This document shows, piece after piece, positions 16,328 to 25,939 of a DNA stretch of 28,817 bases. Origin of the DNA: Chitinophagaceae bacterium (GTDB lineage: Bacteria > Bacteroidota > Bacteroidia > Chitinophagales > Chitinophagaceae); assembly GCA_035717045.1 (NCBI GenBank), contig DASTIZ010000393.1, forward strand, positions 1-28,817, given 5' to 3'. Within the stretch, counting starts at the first letter, position 1. The number at the start of each line of letters is the position of its first letter. Both the position numbers and the translations under genes were made by a program. The notes under the pieces are model-generated. The model saw nothing but the letters and a program-made list of their open reading frames with translations, was not told the origin of the DNA and searched no databases.

Positions 16328-18133
16328 TCAACTATAGATCCGTTCAACTGCATCCCTGTATTTCTCCAGGATCACCTTACGTTTCAATTTTAAAGTAGGT
16401 GTTAATTCACCACCTTCTACGCTCCATTCTCTTGGCAGCAATTCAAATTTTTTTATTTGTTCTACCTGGTTGAAGTTTTGATTGTAACGCTCTACGGTAT
16501 CTTTTATCAAAGCCTGTACTTTTTCATTTTTAATGACGCCCTCATTACCGTTATAGCTGATACCATGTTCACTACACCATTCCTTTAATGGATTAAAAGC
16601 CGGAACGATCAGGGCTCCCGTGAATTTTTCTCCGGCACCGATGACCATCATTTGCTCGATATATTTTGATTCTTTCATTTTGTTTTCGATCGGTTGCGGC
16701 GCCACATATTTTCCACCCGATGTTTTAAATATTTCTTTTTTCCGGTCGGTGATCTTTAAGAATTTATTGGCAGGATCCCGCGGATTGTCAAGCAATACAC
16801 CAATATCGCCGGTGTGAAACCAGCCGTCTTTTATCACTTCTTCAGTTAGATCGGGACGTTTGTAATACCCCATCATCACGTTCGGGCCCTTGCAAAGGAT
16901 CTCACCATCTTCAGCGATCTTTACTTCAACATTATCAATGATTGTTCCTACTGTTCCAAACATCCTGTTCCTGGGATCCAGCCGGTTCACGCTTATAACC
17001 GGTGATGTTTCTGTTAAACCATATCCTTCGAGAATAGGAACTTTTGCGGCAGTAAAAACCCGTAACAATTTTACCTGGCATGCTGCGGAGCCTGTGACAA
17101 TTGACTGCACATTTGCCCCCAGTGCATCACGCCATTTACTAAAAACAAGTTTATTGGCAAGGCCTAATTGAATATTATACCAAAGCCCCATATTCTTATT
17201 AATGTCATATTTCAATCCAAGGCTAAGCGCCCAATTGAACAGGTTCTTTTTAATTCCGGTAAGCGTTGCTGCTTTTGCCATGATGCGTTCATAAACCTTT
17301 TCAAGTAAACGGGGAACCGTCGTAAACACCAATGGTTTTACTTCCTTCAGGTTTTCACCGATCGTCTCCATGCTCTCCGCATAATACACCGCGACACTGT
17401 TATAGATATAGATATAGCTCACCATCCTTTCGAATATATGGTTCAATGGTAAAAAGCTTAAAGCTCTTTTTCCACCAACACCAATTTCCTGAAACACGCA
17501 ATTGCTATCAACAATGTTACTGATGATATTATTATGACTTAACATGACACCCTTAGGAGTTCCTGTGGTACCTGATGTGTAAATGATAGTGGCGATATCG
17601 GACGGTTTGATCTTTGAAGAAATATTTTTTAATGCTGTGAGCTTTTCTTCAGTTGCCGGTCGCAAACAATCTTTCCAATAAACTGCATTGGGTACATGCT
17701 CGAAAGTAAAAATGTGCTGCAATGACGGCACGTAGTCTTTAATGCTTTTCACTTTCAAGTACAATTCTTCATCATTCACGAAGATCACTTTCGACTGGGA
17801 ATCGTTCAATATGAATTGCAATTCATTTACATTGATGGTTGGATAGATAGGCACCAACGCGCCACCGATTTTCTGCACGGCCAGGTCAAGCATCAGCCAT
17901 TCGGGCCTGTTCTTGCTGATGATCGCTACTTTGTCTCTTCCTTCCACTGACATATCGTTTGCAGAAATGCCAAGCTCAGCCAGGCCTGTTGCAAGCTGGT
18001 TTACCAAATCATATACTTCATGGGTGCTATATTTTTTCCATGTGCCGCCTTCTTTTGCGGCAAACATATCCGGCAATGGATTTTTTTCCAGTTGATAATC
18101 GAGACAATCAAACAATCGCGTAGGCTGTTGCAT
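16328..18133 (-). CDS. fadD: Long-chain fatty acid--CoA ligase (AMP-dependent synthetase)
   Basis: IIYTSGTTGTPKGV, YGLTETSP, KGPNVMMGYY, GWFHTGDIG, ITDRKKE, TPTLKLKR. Confidence 0.92.
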   Translation of the reverse strand: MQQPTRLFDCLDYQLEKNPLPDMFAAKEGGTWKKYSTHEVYDLVNQLATGLAELGISANDMSVEGRDKVAIISKNRPEWLMLDLAVQKIGGALVPIYPTINVNELQFILNDSQSKVIFVNDEELYLKVKSIKDYVPSLQHIFTFEHVPNAVYWKDCLRPATEEKLTALKNISSKIKPSDIATIIYTSGTTGTPKGVMLSHNNIISNIVDSNCVFQEIGVGGKRALSFLPLNHIFERMVSYIYIYNSVAVYYAESMETIGENLKEVKPLVFTTVPRLLEKVYERIMAKAATLTGIKKNLFNWALSLGLKYDINKNMGLWYNIQLGLANKLVFSKWRDALGANVQSIVTGSAACQVKLLRVFTAAKVPILEGYGLTETSPVISVNRLDPRNRMFGTVGTIIDNVEVKIAEDGEILCKGPNVMMGYYKRPDLTEEVIKDGWFHTGDIGVLLDNPRDPANKFLKITDRKKEIFKTSGGKYVAPQPIENKMKESKYIEQMMVIGAGEKFTGALIVPAFNPLKEWCSEHGISYNGNEGVIKNEKVQALIKDTVERYNQNFNQVEQIKKFELLPREWSVEGGELTPTLKLKRKVILEKYRDAVERIYS

Positions 18134-18359
18134 CGGAAATGTATTATTGGTTCGGGTGGCCAGTGAATCCCTTACAAATTATGAAAAAAAGAAAGAAATA
18201 AAAAGGCGGCGTCCAAAAGCATTCCGGAGGATAATGAACTGTAAGGAAACACAAACGACACGACGAAGCCGTTGTTTATAGTCAATGCGTTGTATTCTTT
18301 GTGTACCACGTCGTGACCTTCGGGTTACATATCCAAAGATTTTTGAGCCAGGCTGATGT

Positions 18360-19376
18360 TCAATTTTTTACCTGGTAGTATTGACCGGAAGGGATCCTGA
18401 AAACCCGGCTTTTTTGAAAGGCGACAAATCCTTTGTATTCATCCGCATGCGCCCTGGTCCAGCTATCATAAGCTGTTAGATTTTCTACCGTACCAAAAAG
18501 CCATTGGTTATACGCTTCAAACATGCCTTCACGAAGTAATTGTTGCAGGTAATCAAAAAGACGATGCGGATATTTTGACGCATAATTTTCATACCAGTCA
18601 AGAATGAATCTCGTTCTTACCATGGTTAGTGTTGCCGTGGTTACTCCTTTTGACACAAGCGAAGATTGTTTGTTCATGGCTTCGAGAAACGCCCTTGCAA
18701 AAGGGCTTTTATTATTCTCTTCGCCTTTCATCAGATTAACTTCCCTAAATAATTTTTCTTTATAGCCCTTGAATAAAAGTTCTTTCATAGCCGCTCCGCG
18801 CTGGCTAAGGCTTTCCATATTCACAAAGATCTCCCCGTAGATCAGGCTCCATACCTTGTCTTTTGTATAGAAATAATAAAGAGCCGCATTGTAATAATTT
18901 CCACTAAAGGCAGGATCAACCTCAATTCCTTTTTCCCAAAGATCGATCGCACTGTAGTCTTTTCTTGCCCATAATAACTCGCCGTATTCACTATACAACG
19001 GCCCGCTTCTTGGAAATTTTTTCAGACCCGCCTTATAGATCTTCTCACATTCTTTAGGGTCTTCGATTGCTTTATAAACGTTTCCTGCCAGCTGGAAGGT
19101 CATTACATCGGCATCATCCCGGTTAATGATCGCTTTTACTCCTTCCACCGCTTTTTCAAAATCTCTTTTATAATAATAGCATTGGATCAGGTCCTTATTA
19201 TAGTCGAGATTGTTTTTATCAGTTGCCATTAACCTGTTCAATACAAGAATAGCATTGTCCCAGTCAGCCTGCGCCATAAAATTGCGGGCAGTCTGGTGCA
19301 TCGTTTTAGGGTCATCCTGGGCAATAATAGCGAGTGAAAAACTCAGAAGCGAAAACAGAAATACCAATTTTTTCAT
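18360..19376 (-). CDS. Exported tetratricopeptide-repeat protein
   Basis: Signal peptide ending AIIA-Q, and helical repeats with TPR-like patterns (A..LW..G...DP.FSGNYY). Confidence 0.75.
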   Translation of the reverse strand: MKKLVFLFSLLSFSLAIIAQDDPKTMHQTARNFMAQADWDNAILVLNRLMATDKNNLDYNKDLIQCYYYKRDFEKAVEGVKAIINRDDADVMTFQLAGNVYKAIEDPKECEKIYKAGLKKFPRSGPLYSEYGELLWARKDYSAIDLWEKGIEVDPAFSGNYYNAALYYFYTKDKVWSLIYGEIFVNMESLSQRGAAMKELLFKGYKEKLFREVNLMKGEENNKSPFARAFLEAMNKQSSLVSKGVTTATLTMVRTRFILDWYENYASKYPHRLFDYLQQLLREGMFEAYNQWLFGTVENLTAYDSWTRAHADEYKGFVAFQKSRVFRIPSGQYYQVKN

Positions 19377-19574
19377 CTACAATTGTTTTATTGTCGTTTC
19401 GTCGTGCAAAGTAAAATAAAAGAGACGGGTGGGGAAGTCCCCTTTCATAACATTACAATTTATTTCACGACCCCAGTCCTAATTTCTCTAATCTCTAAAA
19501 GATCTGCGTTTTTCGGTTCAATCCGCGTCATCCGTGTGCAATTATTCACCTTGTAAAGATGTTTGCACGGTAGC

Positions 19575-20831
19575 TCAGATCAAATGTGTCAATAGTCCGT
19601 CACGCAGTTTGGGTTCAAACCAGGTACTTTTTGGTGGCATCACTTTTCCACTATCGGCGATGGCGAAAAGTTGTTCAATAGTAACCGGGTATAAGCTGAA
19701 TGCAGCTGCCATCTCGCCACTTTTGACTCTTTTTTCCAGTTCTTCCAAACCCCGGATCCCGCCAACAAAATCTACCCGGCTATCGGTTCTTGGATCTTCA
19801 ATGTCAAGTATTTTATCCAGCACATTTTTTTGTAAAATCGTAACATCCAAAACGCCGATGGGGTCATTTTTATACGTCCCTTCTCTTGATGTTAAAATAT
19901 ACCACTCATCTTCAAGATACATACCAAACTCATGCAATACGGCGGGTTTTACCGGTTCGGGACTATAGGTGATCATAAAATCTTCCTGCAGGGCGCCAAT
20001 GAATTCTTCGGTCGTAAGATCATTGAGGTCTTTTACCACGCGATTGTAATCAAGTATTGCCAACTGGCTAGCCGGAAAAATTGTAGTCAAAAAGTATTTT
20101 GCTTCCTCGGTTTGTGATGACGCAAAGTCAGGCAACCTGCTCACTTTCGCCGCAGAAGCAGCACGATGGTGACCATCGGCGATATAAGTATTGGGGACCT
20201 TTGTTGCAAACAAGTTTGTAATGGAATTGATCACGTCATCCCGATTGATCACCCAAACCGTATGTTTGATTCCATCACCTGCTGTAAAGTCATATTCCGG
20301 GGCATTCTTAGCCTTCCATCCGCTGATCAATGCATTTATTTCCATTACATCGCGGTAAGCTAAAAAAACATTTCCGGTCTGCGCCCGGGTAGTTTGCATA
20401 TGATCGATTCGATCTTTCTCCTTATCTGGTCTTGTGAGCTCATGCTTTTTTATTACATCATTAAAATAATCGTCAACAGACGAAACACAAACCAAACCTG
20501 TCTGGCTCTGTGCCTCCCCACCGGGTCCGGCAAGGGCAGGCATAATAAGCTGATAAATGTAATAACAAGGTTTTTGTTCGGAATACAGAGTCCCGTTTTG
20601 AATGAACATTTCCAGGTTTGCCTTTGCTTTATCATACACTTGCTGACTATGGATGTCGATGCCGTCAGGAAGGTCTATTTCTGATTTTGTAATGCGAAGA
20701 AATGAATAGTTATTGCCTGCTGCTTCTTTTTTTGCTTCTTGTGAGTTAAGAACATCATAGGGTCTTGATGCTACTTGCCCTGCTAATTCTTTTCTTGGTC
20801 TCAGGGCGTTAAACGGTTTTATTATTGCCAT
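19575..20831 (-). CDS. DUF1015 family protein (ParB/sulfiredoxin-like motif)
   Basis: MAIIKPFNALRP, SRPYDV, KKHELTR, YIADGHHRAASA, MPPKSTWFEPKLRDGL. Confidence 0.9.
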   Translation of the reverse strand: MAIIKPFNALRPRKELAGQVASRPYDVLNSQEAKKEAAGNNYSFLRITKSEIDLPDGIDIHSQQVYDKAKANLEMFIQNGTLYSEQKPCYYIYQLIMPALAGPGGEAQSQTGLVCVSSVDDYFNDVIKKHELTRPDKEKDRIDHMQTTRAQTGNVFLAYRDVMEINALISGWKAKNAPEYDFTAGDGIKHTVWVINRDDVINSITNLFATKVPNTYIADGHHRAASAAKVSRLPDFASSQTEEAKYFLTTIFPASQLAILDYNRVVKDLNDLTTEEFIGALQEDFMITYSPEPVKPAVLHEFGMYLEDEWYILTSREGTYKNDPIGVLDVTILQKNVLDKILDIEDPRTDSRVDFVGGIRGLEELEKRVKSGEMAAAFSLYPVTIEQLFAIADSGKVMPPKSTWFEPKLRDGLLTHLI

Positions 20832-20835
20832 TTCT

Positions 20836-20919
20836 ATATTGATTATTTATTATTAATTATTGATTATTACACAAAACGCAGGATCCACATAATAATTAAT
20901 AATCAGTAATTAATAATTC
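20836..20919. repeat. AT-rich inverted heptamer-like tracts in the serC-DUF1015 spacer
   Basis: TTATTAATTATTGATTATTAC on the left and ATAATAATTAATAATCAGTAATTAATAATT on the right are mutually reverse-complementary, low-complexity tracts. Confidence 0.5.
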
Positions 20920-22007
20920 TATCCTTTCTTTCTTGAAAACTCTTTCATAAGATCTGTTATTGCAACAACACTTTCATATTGCAATGCATTGTACATCGAG
21001 ACCCTGAATCCCCCCACGCTCCGATGTCCTTTTACCCCGATCATTCCTTCCTTTTTGCAGAGATCGAGAAATTCTTTTTCCAAATTCGGATCTTCCATTA
21101 CAAAAACTCCATTCATGTAGCTGCGATCTTCTTTTGCAACAACAGCTTTGAAGACAGGAAGGCTATCAAGTGTCTTATAAAACAATTCTGCTTTTGCATT
21201 ATTTACTTTTTCTATGGCTGGTACTCCGCCCAGATTTTTCAACCAGCGAAGGGTGAGCATCACAACATAGACAGCAAAAACCGGTGGCGTGTTCATCATG
21301 CTTCCTTCCTTAATGTGAAGGCGGTAATCAAGTATCGAAGGAATGGGCTTTGTTATTTTGCCAAGAATGTTCTTGTTCACAGCAACAAGATTTACACCTG
21401 CGGCTCCCATATTTTTTTGGGCGCCGGCATAGATCAGGCCAAACTTATTAAAATCAAGCTCTCGGCTGAGTATGTCGCTGCTCATATCAGCAACCAATGG
21501 AACCCCGCAATCGTATGGAATTTTTTTCCACTGCGTGCCGGCAATGGTTTCATTGGTTGTGATGTGTAAATAAGCAGCTGTTGGGCTTACGGAAAGGTCT
21601 TTGGGGATCGTTGTATAATTTGTTTCTTTCGATGAGCCGGCGATCTCGACATGTCCGAATAGTTTTGCTTCTTTAATTGCCTTTGAGGCCCAGGCGCCGG
21701 TATCCGTATAAGCAGCCAGTTCATTTTCGTTCAGCAAATTCATGGGTACCTGCATGAATTGGGTGGTAGCACCCCCGTGAAGAAAAAGCACTTCATGATC
21801 ATCATCAAGTTTCATCAACTCCTTTACCAGGGCCCTCGCTTCATCCATCACCGGTTGAAACAAATTTGTGCGATGACCGATCTCAAGAATGGACAGACCG
21901 GTATTATTAAAATCAATGATGGCACGGCTCGCTTCTTCAAATACTTCTTTTGGTAAAACAGAAGGGCCGGCGCCGAAATTATGTACCATTGCAGTTGTCG
22001 TATTCAC
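20919..22007 (-). CDS. serC: Phosphoserine aminotransferase SerC
   Basis: NFGAGP, GGATTQF, NETIAG, ADMSSD, YAGAQKN (PLP lysine), NTPP, GHRSVGGFRVSMYNA. Start is GTG 22007 or ATG 21989. Confidence 0.96.
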   Translation of the reverse strand: MNTTTAMVHNFGAGPSVLPKEVFEEASRAIIDFNNTGLSILEIGHRTNLFQPVMDEARALVKELMKLDDDHEVLFLHGGATTQFMQVPMNLLNENELAAYTDTGAWASKAIKEAKLFGHVEIAGSSKETNYTTIPKDLSVSPTAAYLHITTNETIAGTQWKKIPYDCGVPLVADMSSDILSRELDFNKFGLIYAGAQKNMGAAGVNLVAVNKNILGKITKPIPSILDYRLHIKEGSMMNTPPVFAVYVVMLTLRWLKNLGGVPAIEKVNNAKAELFYKTLDSLPVFKAVVAKEDRSYMNGVFVMEDPNLEKEFLDLCKKEGMIGVKGHRSVGGFRVSMYNALQYESVVAITDLMKEFSRKKG

Positions 22008-22073
22008 GGTTTAAAAATTTGAAGATGCAAAGAAACAAAATTGCAGCGGGATGCCCTAAAGAAAGATATAGTA

Positions 22074-23039
22074 TCATTCATGATCCCTGGCCCTGATCGT
22101 CCGGTTTTTCCAGGCATTATTCAACTCTTCAAATTCTTTGAGATCGGCAGCAGAAAACTCTTTGTTAGAAAGTGACTTCAGAGCAGGCTGTCCTGCATTT
22201 ACCCATGCGGTGTACCAGAATGAAGCAATTGCATAAATTGATTGACGCATTCTTCTTTCGATCATGCCGTTTAATTTCTTATCATAGGCAATGCAGAATT
22301 CACTGGAATATTGTCGAATGTTAATTCCATTTCTGTCTTCAAATGAAAATTTTTTGTCACCGGGAAATGTCTTGCTTAACTCTTTTTCAAAAGCAAGAAC
22401 CGAGTCGGAAGCTTTTGCACTTTCTAAAACCCGTTGCCAGATAAAATCACCCGGACTTTTTATGTAATCAGCCTTGCCAATAAAAAAATCCCACTCTTTA
22501 TCAGCTAACAGTTCAGGAATGCGGCTTTCCCAAAAACCATGAATACCTCTCTGGTCGGTAAATTGTCCATTGTGATTGCTGTTGGCATGGAGCGGCACAT
22601 GGGCATCGGCGATATAATGCCCGATCTCTGCCGATAGTTTTAAGATCCTCGCCTGGTCTTTTTCTTTAAAAGCTTCTGTGAGTCTATACAACATGGTTTG
22701 CACCCACCAGGGAACAACACCATATTGCCTAAGAGTATCTTCTGTGAATTTTGCAACCGCCTCATTCCATTTTCTCGGGAGATCATTGAAAGGATAGGTA
22801 CCATAATGATCGATATCTATATAATGGCGGGGTCCTTCTTCGGGGATCGCATAACGCCGCCTATCAGGATCTACGGCATGTTCGGTAATAAAATCAATAT
22901 TTGGTTTATACAACTGCATCATTTCAGGCGGCAAAAGAAATACAGCGTAATAATTTATTTTCTTATGTCCATAAAAGCCCCAGCAAAATGATTGCAGTGA
23001 AAGGGAGAACAATGATATAAACAGCAGCGTTCTTTTCAT
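22074..23039 (-). CDS. S1/P1 nuclease / zinc-dependent phospholipase C family, exported
   Basis: Signal peptide then mature W-G-F-Y-G-H, DPD, HYID, HYIADAHVPLH, HGFWES (tri-zinc ligands). Confidence 0.88.
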   Translation of the reverse strand: MKRTLLFISLFSLSLQSFCWGFYGHKKINYYAVFLLPPEMMQLYKPNIDFITEHAVDPDRRRYAIPEEGPRHYIDIDHYGTYPFNDLPRKWNEAVAKFTEDTLRQYGVVPWWVQTMLYRLTEAFKEKDQARILKLSAEIGHYIADAHVPLHANSNHNGQFTDQRGIHGFWESRIPELLADKEWDFFIGKADYIKSPGDFIWQRVLESAKASDSVLAFEKELSKTFPGDKKFSFEDRNGINIRQYSSEFCIAYDKKLNGMIERRMRQSIYAIASFWYTAWVNAGQPALKSLSNKEFSAADLKEFEELNNAWKNRTIRARDHE

Positions 23040-23099
23040 CAGGGTCAAATGGTTATATGGCTAAATTGCTGGTAAACCATTTAACAATTTATCAATTTA

Positions 23100-23786
23100 T
23101 CAATTCATTTCTTTCAACTCTTCTGTTTTTTTGTGTCTTTCAGCATCCAGGTCAACTACGCCTCCAGTCACCGCATATTTCATCGCTTCACCCGAAGATA
23201 TCTTGTCGATCCTTCTTACTTTTTCCCTTGGTAAAATATAAAGCTGACCGGCAAAGTTGTATGCTTGCGGTACATATACTGCCACTTTATCGGCGCCCAG
23301 CTCAAATTTTTGCATTTCTTCATCGGTCAAAAAACCAACGATCCACACATCCTCCGCAAATACATTGGCCAGTACAGATTTGTTGAATTTTTTTTTGTCA
23401 CCGGCAAATGCCTCAAAGAAATCCCGTGTACTTGTGTAAATGAATTTTACTCCGGGAGTTTTTTCCAACCAATGATCAAACAGGTTAAATAAACGGGATT
23501 GAATAAAAAATGAGCTTAGATAACCAATGATAATGATAGCCACAAGAATGACCAGGAAACCTAGTCCATAGTTCTTTACTTCGTAACCAACTACACGATC
23601 TCCTACCTTAACGGGTTGCCTGAAAATCGGGATCCAGCCATCCACTGTGGAGATAACCCAGTAAATGGCATAAATCGTTATGGCTAAAGGCGCAATGATC
23701 AAAAGTCCCTGCAGGAAATATTGAATGATCTTTTTCCAACGGAACCGTTCCCGGGCGGGCCGCTTCAATGAAAAATGATTTTCCAT
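23100..23786 (-). CDS. DUF502 family membrane protein
   Basis: YFLQGLLIIAPLAIT, two TM segments, PGVKFIY, GFLT, VYVPQAYNFAG, EAMKYAVTGG. Confidence 0.88.
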   Translation of the reverse strand: MENHFSLKRPARERFRWKKIIQYFLQGLLIIAPLAITIYAIYWVISTVDGWIPIFRQPVKVGDRVVGYEVKNYGLGFLVILVAIIIIGYLSSFFIQSRLFNLFDHWLEKTPGVKFIYTSTRDFFEAFAGDKKKFNKSVLANVFAEDVWIVGFLTDEEMQKFELGADKVAVYVPQAYNFAGQLYILPREKVRRIDKISSGEAMKYAVTGGVVDLDAERHKKTEELKEMN

Positions 23787-23835
23787 GAGCCAAAATTAGA
23801 TAAACGCAAATGGACAGGCGGTAAAAATATGGGAT

Positions 23836-23863
23836 GGAAACTTTGGCAACGTACAAAGTTTCC
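23836..23863. promoter_or_regulatory. Candidate TetR operator (perfect inverted repeat)
   Basis: GGAAACTTTG-N8-CAAAGTTTCC overlaps the -33 box of the tetR promoter. Confidence 0.7.
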
Positions 23864-23872
23864 TTAGTTTTG
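23842..23872 (+). promoter_or_regulatory. Bacteroidota sigma70 promoter of the tetR-tolC-MFP-acrB operon
   Basis: TTTG (23842-23845), 19-bp spacer, TAGTTTTG (23865-23872): canonical -33/-7 geometry. Confidence 0.7.
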
Positions 23873-23894
23873 TCCTCCTTTAGCAATTGTGATT

Positions 23895-24509
23895 ATGGAA
23901 ATACAAGAAAGAATAAGGCATAAGGCAGATGAGTTGTTCCGTCGGTATGGTATCCGCTCTGTGACCATGGATGAGATCGCTACGCAGCTTGGCATGTCAA
24001 AAAAAACAATTTACCAGTATTATACTGATAAAGATCAACTGGTGGATGCAGTCGCGGTGGATGAGATCCAGTTTTCCCAGCAATGTTGCATGAGAGACTC
24101 GGCAACGGCAGAGAATGCCATTGAAGAGATCTTTAAAGTGATGGAGTTTGTAGAAGTGATGTTCAGGAACATGAACCCGTCAATGCTTCATGATCTTGAA
24201 AAGTATCATCCTGGCGGGTATAGAAAATTTCTCGAGCACAAAAACAAATTTCTTTATGAGATGGTGAAAAGAAATATCGAAAGAGGGATCAGGGAAGAAT
24301 TGTATCGCCCTGAAATAGACGTCGAGATCATGGCCCGCTACCGGCTTGAAAGCATGATGCTGGCCTTTAATACCGAGCTGTTCCCGACATCCAAATTCAA
24401 TTTTGTGAAACTGCAACAGGAGATACTCGAACATTTTTTGTACGGGCTTGCCACCTTAAAAGGTTATAAACTCATATTAAAATATAAGCAACAACGATTA
24501 AACAAATGA
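23895..24509 (+). CDS. TetR/AcrR family transcriptional regulator
   Basis: HTH ADELFRRYGIRSVTMDEIATQLGMSKKTIYQYY. Start is ATG 23895 or GTG 23889. Confidence 0.93.
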   Translation: MEIQERIRHKADELFRRYGIRSVTMDEIATQLGMSKKTIYQYYTDKDQLVDAVAVDEIQFSQQCCMRDSATAENAIEEIFKVMEFVEVMFRNMNPSMLHDLEKYHPGGYRKFLEHKNKFLYEMVKRNIERGIREELYRPEIDVEIMARYRLESMMLAFNTELFPTSKFNFVKLQQEILEHFLYGLATLKGYKLILKYKQQRLNK

Positions 24510-24512
24510 CCT

Positions 24513-25937
24513 ATGAGATATAAAACGAAAACCCTTATATCCATTTTTTTCATTTCAATACTTGCGGGGGTCAGTACGTTTGCCCAGCAGCAAAATGACC
24601 AACCAAAGGTTTACGAGATCACTGCAAAAGAAGCCGTTGATATCGCATTCAAAAATGTAGCAGATCTGAAAAATGCCAAGCTTGATTATAAGATCGCTGA
24701 AGCAAGGAATAAGGAAGTAACCGGTATGGCATTGCCCCAGGCGAGCGGTTCTTTACAGGGCAATCATTATTTGTCATTGCCGCAGATCCAGTTTCCTGAC
24801 GCTACTGAGCTGGCTATTTACGACGTACTAAAGAGGGAAGGTGTGAAAGATGCAACAGGGAATCCTATTACAAAAGATGGTGAGTTTGCAATCCGCAATT
24901 TTAGCTTTTTTACCCCCTGGAATGTCAATGCAGGTATTAGTGTTAACCAATTGCTGTTTGAGCCGCAGGTATTTGTTGGCCTGCAGGCAAGAAAGACGCT
25001 GCTGGAAAGCAGTGACCTGCAAATAAAGGTTGCCGAAGACAAAGTAAGAGAAACGGTTTATAAAAGTTATTATGCCGTGTTGATCTCTCAAAAACAACTG
25101 GGCTATTTACAGGAGAGTATTACCCGTCTTGAAAAACTATCCAGCGATATGAGCGAGATGTTCAAGCAAGGCTTTGTTGAAAAACTGGATATCGATAAAG
25201 CAACGGTATCATTAAATAATACAAGAACAATTGAGCTTCAATTACAAAATGCAGTCAAGATCGGCTTTGCGGTTTTAAAAATGAATCTTGGTTTGCCGCA
25301 ATCTGATAGTCTTGTGTTAAAAGATGCACTGCCTGCGGATTACATCAAGGAAGGAATACTGGAAGATAATTTTAAATATGAAGACAGGAATGAAATAAAA
25401 TTATTGAACACGGCAGTCAAATTACAAGGTTATGATATGCGCAGGTATAAATTATCGTATTATCCAACTGTAGCCGCGTTTTACAATTTCCAGCGAACTG
25501 GTCAGCGACGCGCGGCTGAGAACGGGCAAAATCAGCCCTGGTTTTGGTACAGTACCAACCTCATCGGCCTGAATGTTAATATTCCCATATTCGATGGTTT
25601 TCAGAAAAAATATAAGATCAGGCAATCACAATTTACTCTGGAGAAAGTACAGAATACATTGGATCAAACGAAAAAAGGAATTGACCTGGAGAGAACCGTT
25701 GCAAAGAATACACTGACCAATGCCATTCTTACCATGGATTCACAGGAAAAAAATATGGAGCTGGCGCAAAATGTATATAACACGGTAAAGAAAAAATATG
25801 AGCAGGGTTTGGGATCAAGTTTTGAAATATTACAGGCGGATACGGATTTTCAACAAGCGCAGTCAAATTATTTCAAAGCATTGTATGATGCCATCGTGGC
25901 GAAAATAGGATATCAGAAAGCACTCGGAAAATTATAG
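24513..25937 (+). CDS. TolC family outer membrane efflux protein
   Basis: Signal peptide, two OEP repeats (ALPQASG; YYPTVAA...NIPIFDGF), C-terminal YEQGLGSSFEILQA. Lies in an RND operon. Confidence 0.9.
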   Translation: MRYKTKTLISIFFISILAGVSTFAQQQNDQPKVYEITAKEAVDIAFKNVADLKNAKLDYKIAEARNKEVTGMALPQASGSLQGNHYLSLPQIQFPDATELAIYDVLKREGVKDATGNPITKDGEFAIRNFSFFTPWNVNAGISVNQLLFEPQVFVGLQARKTLLESSDLQIKVAEDKVRETVYKSYYAVLISQKQLGYLQESITRLEKLSSDMSEMFKQGFVEKLDIDKATVSLNNTRTIELQLQNAVKIGFAVLKMNLGLPQSDSLVLKDALPADYIKEGILEDNFKYEDRNEIKLLNTAVKLQGYDMRRYKLSYYPTVAAFYNFQRTGQRRAAENGQNQPWFWYSTNLIGLNVNIPIFDGFQKKYKIRQSQFTLEKVQNTLDQTKKGIDLERTVAKNTLTNAILTMDSQEKNMELAQNVYNTVKKKYEQGLGSSFEILQADTDFQQAQSNYFKALYDAIVAKIGYQKALGKL

Positions 25938-25939
25938 AA

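Noticed and set aside
744-25097. Remaining short ORFs (60-200 aa) overlapping the called genes on the opposite strand or in alternate frames
   Set aside because: They lie inside well-supported genes and show no recognisable motifs.
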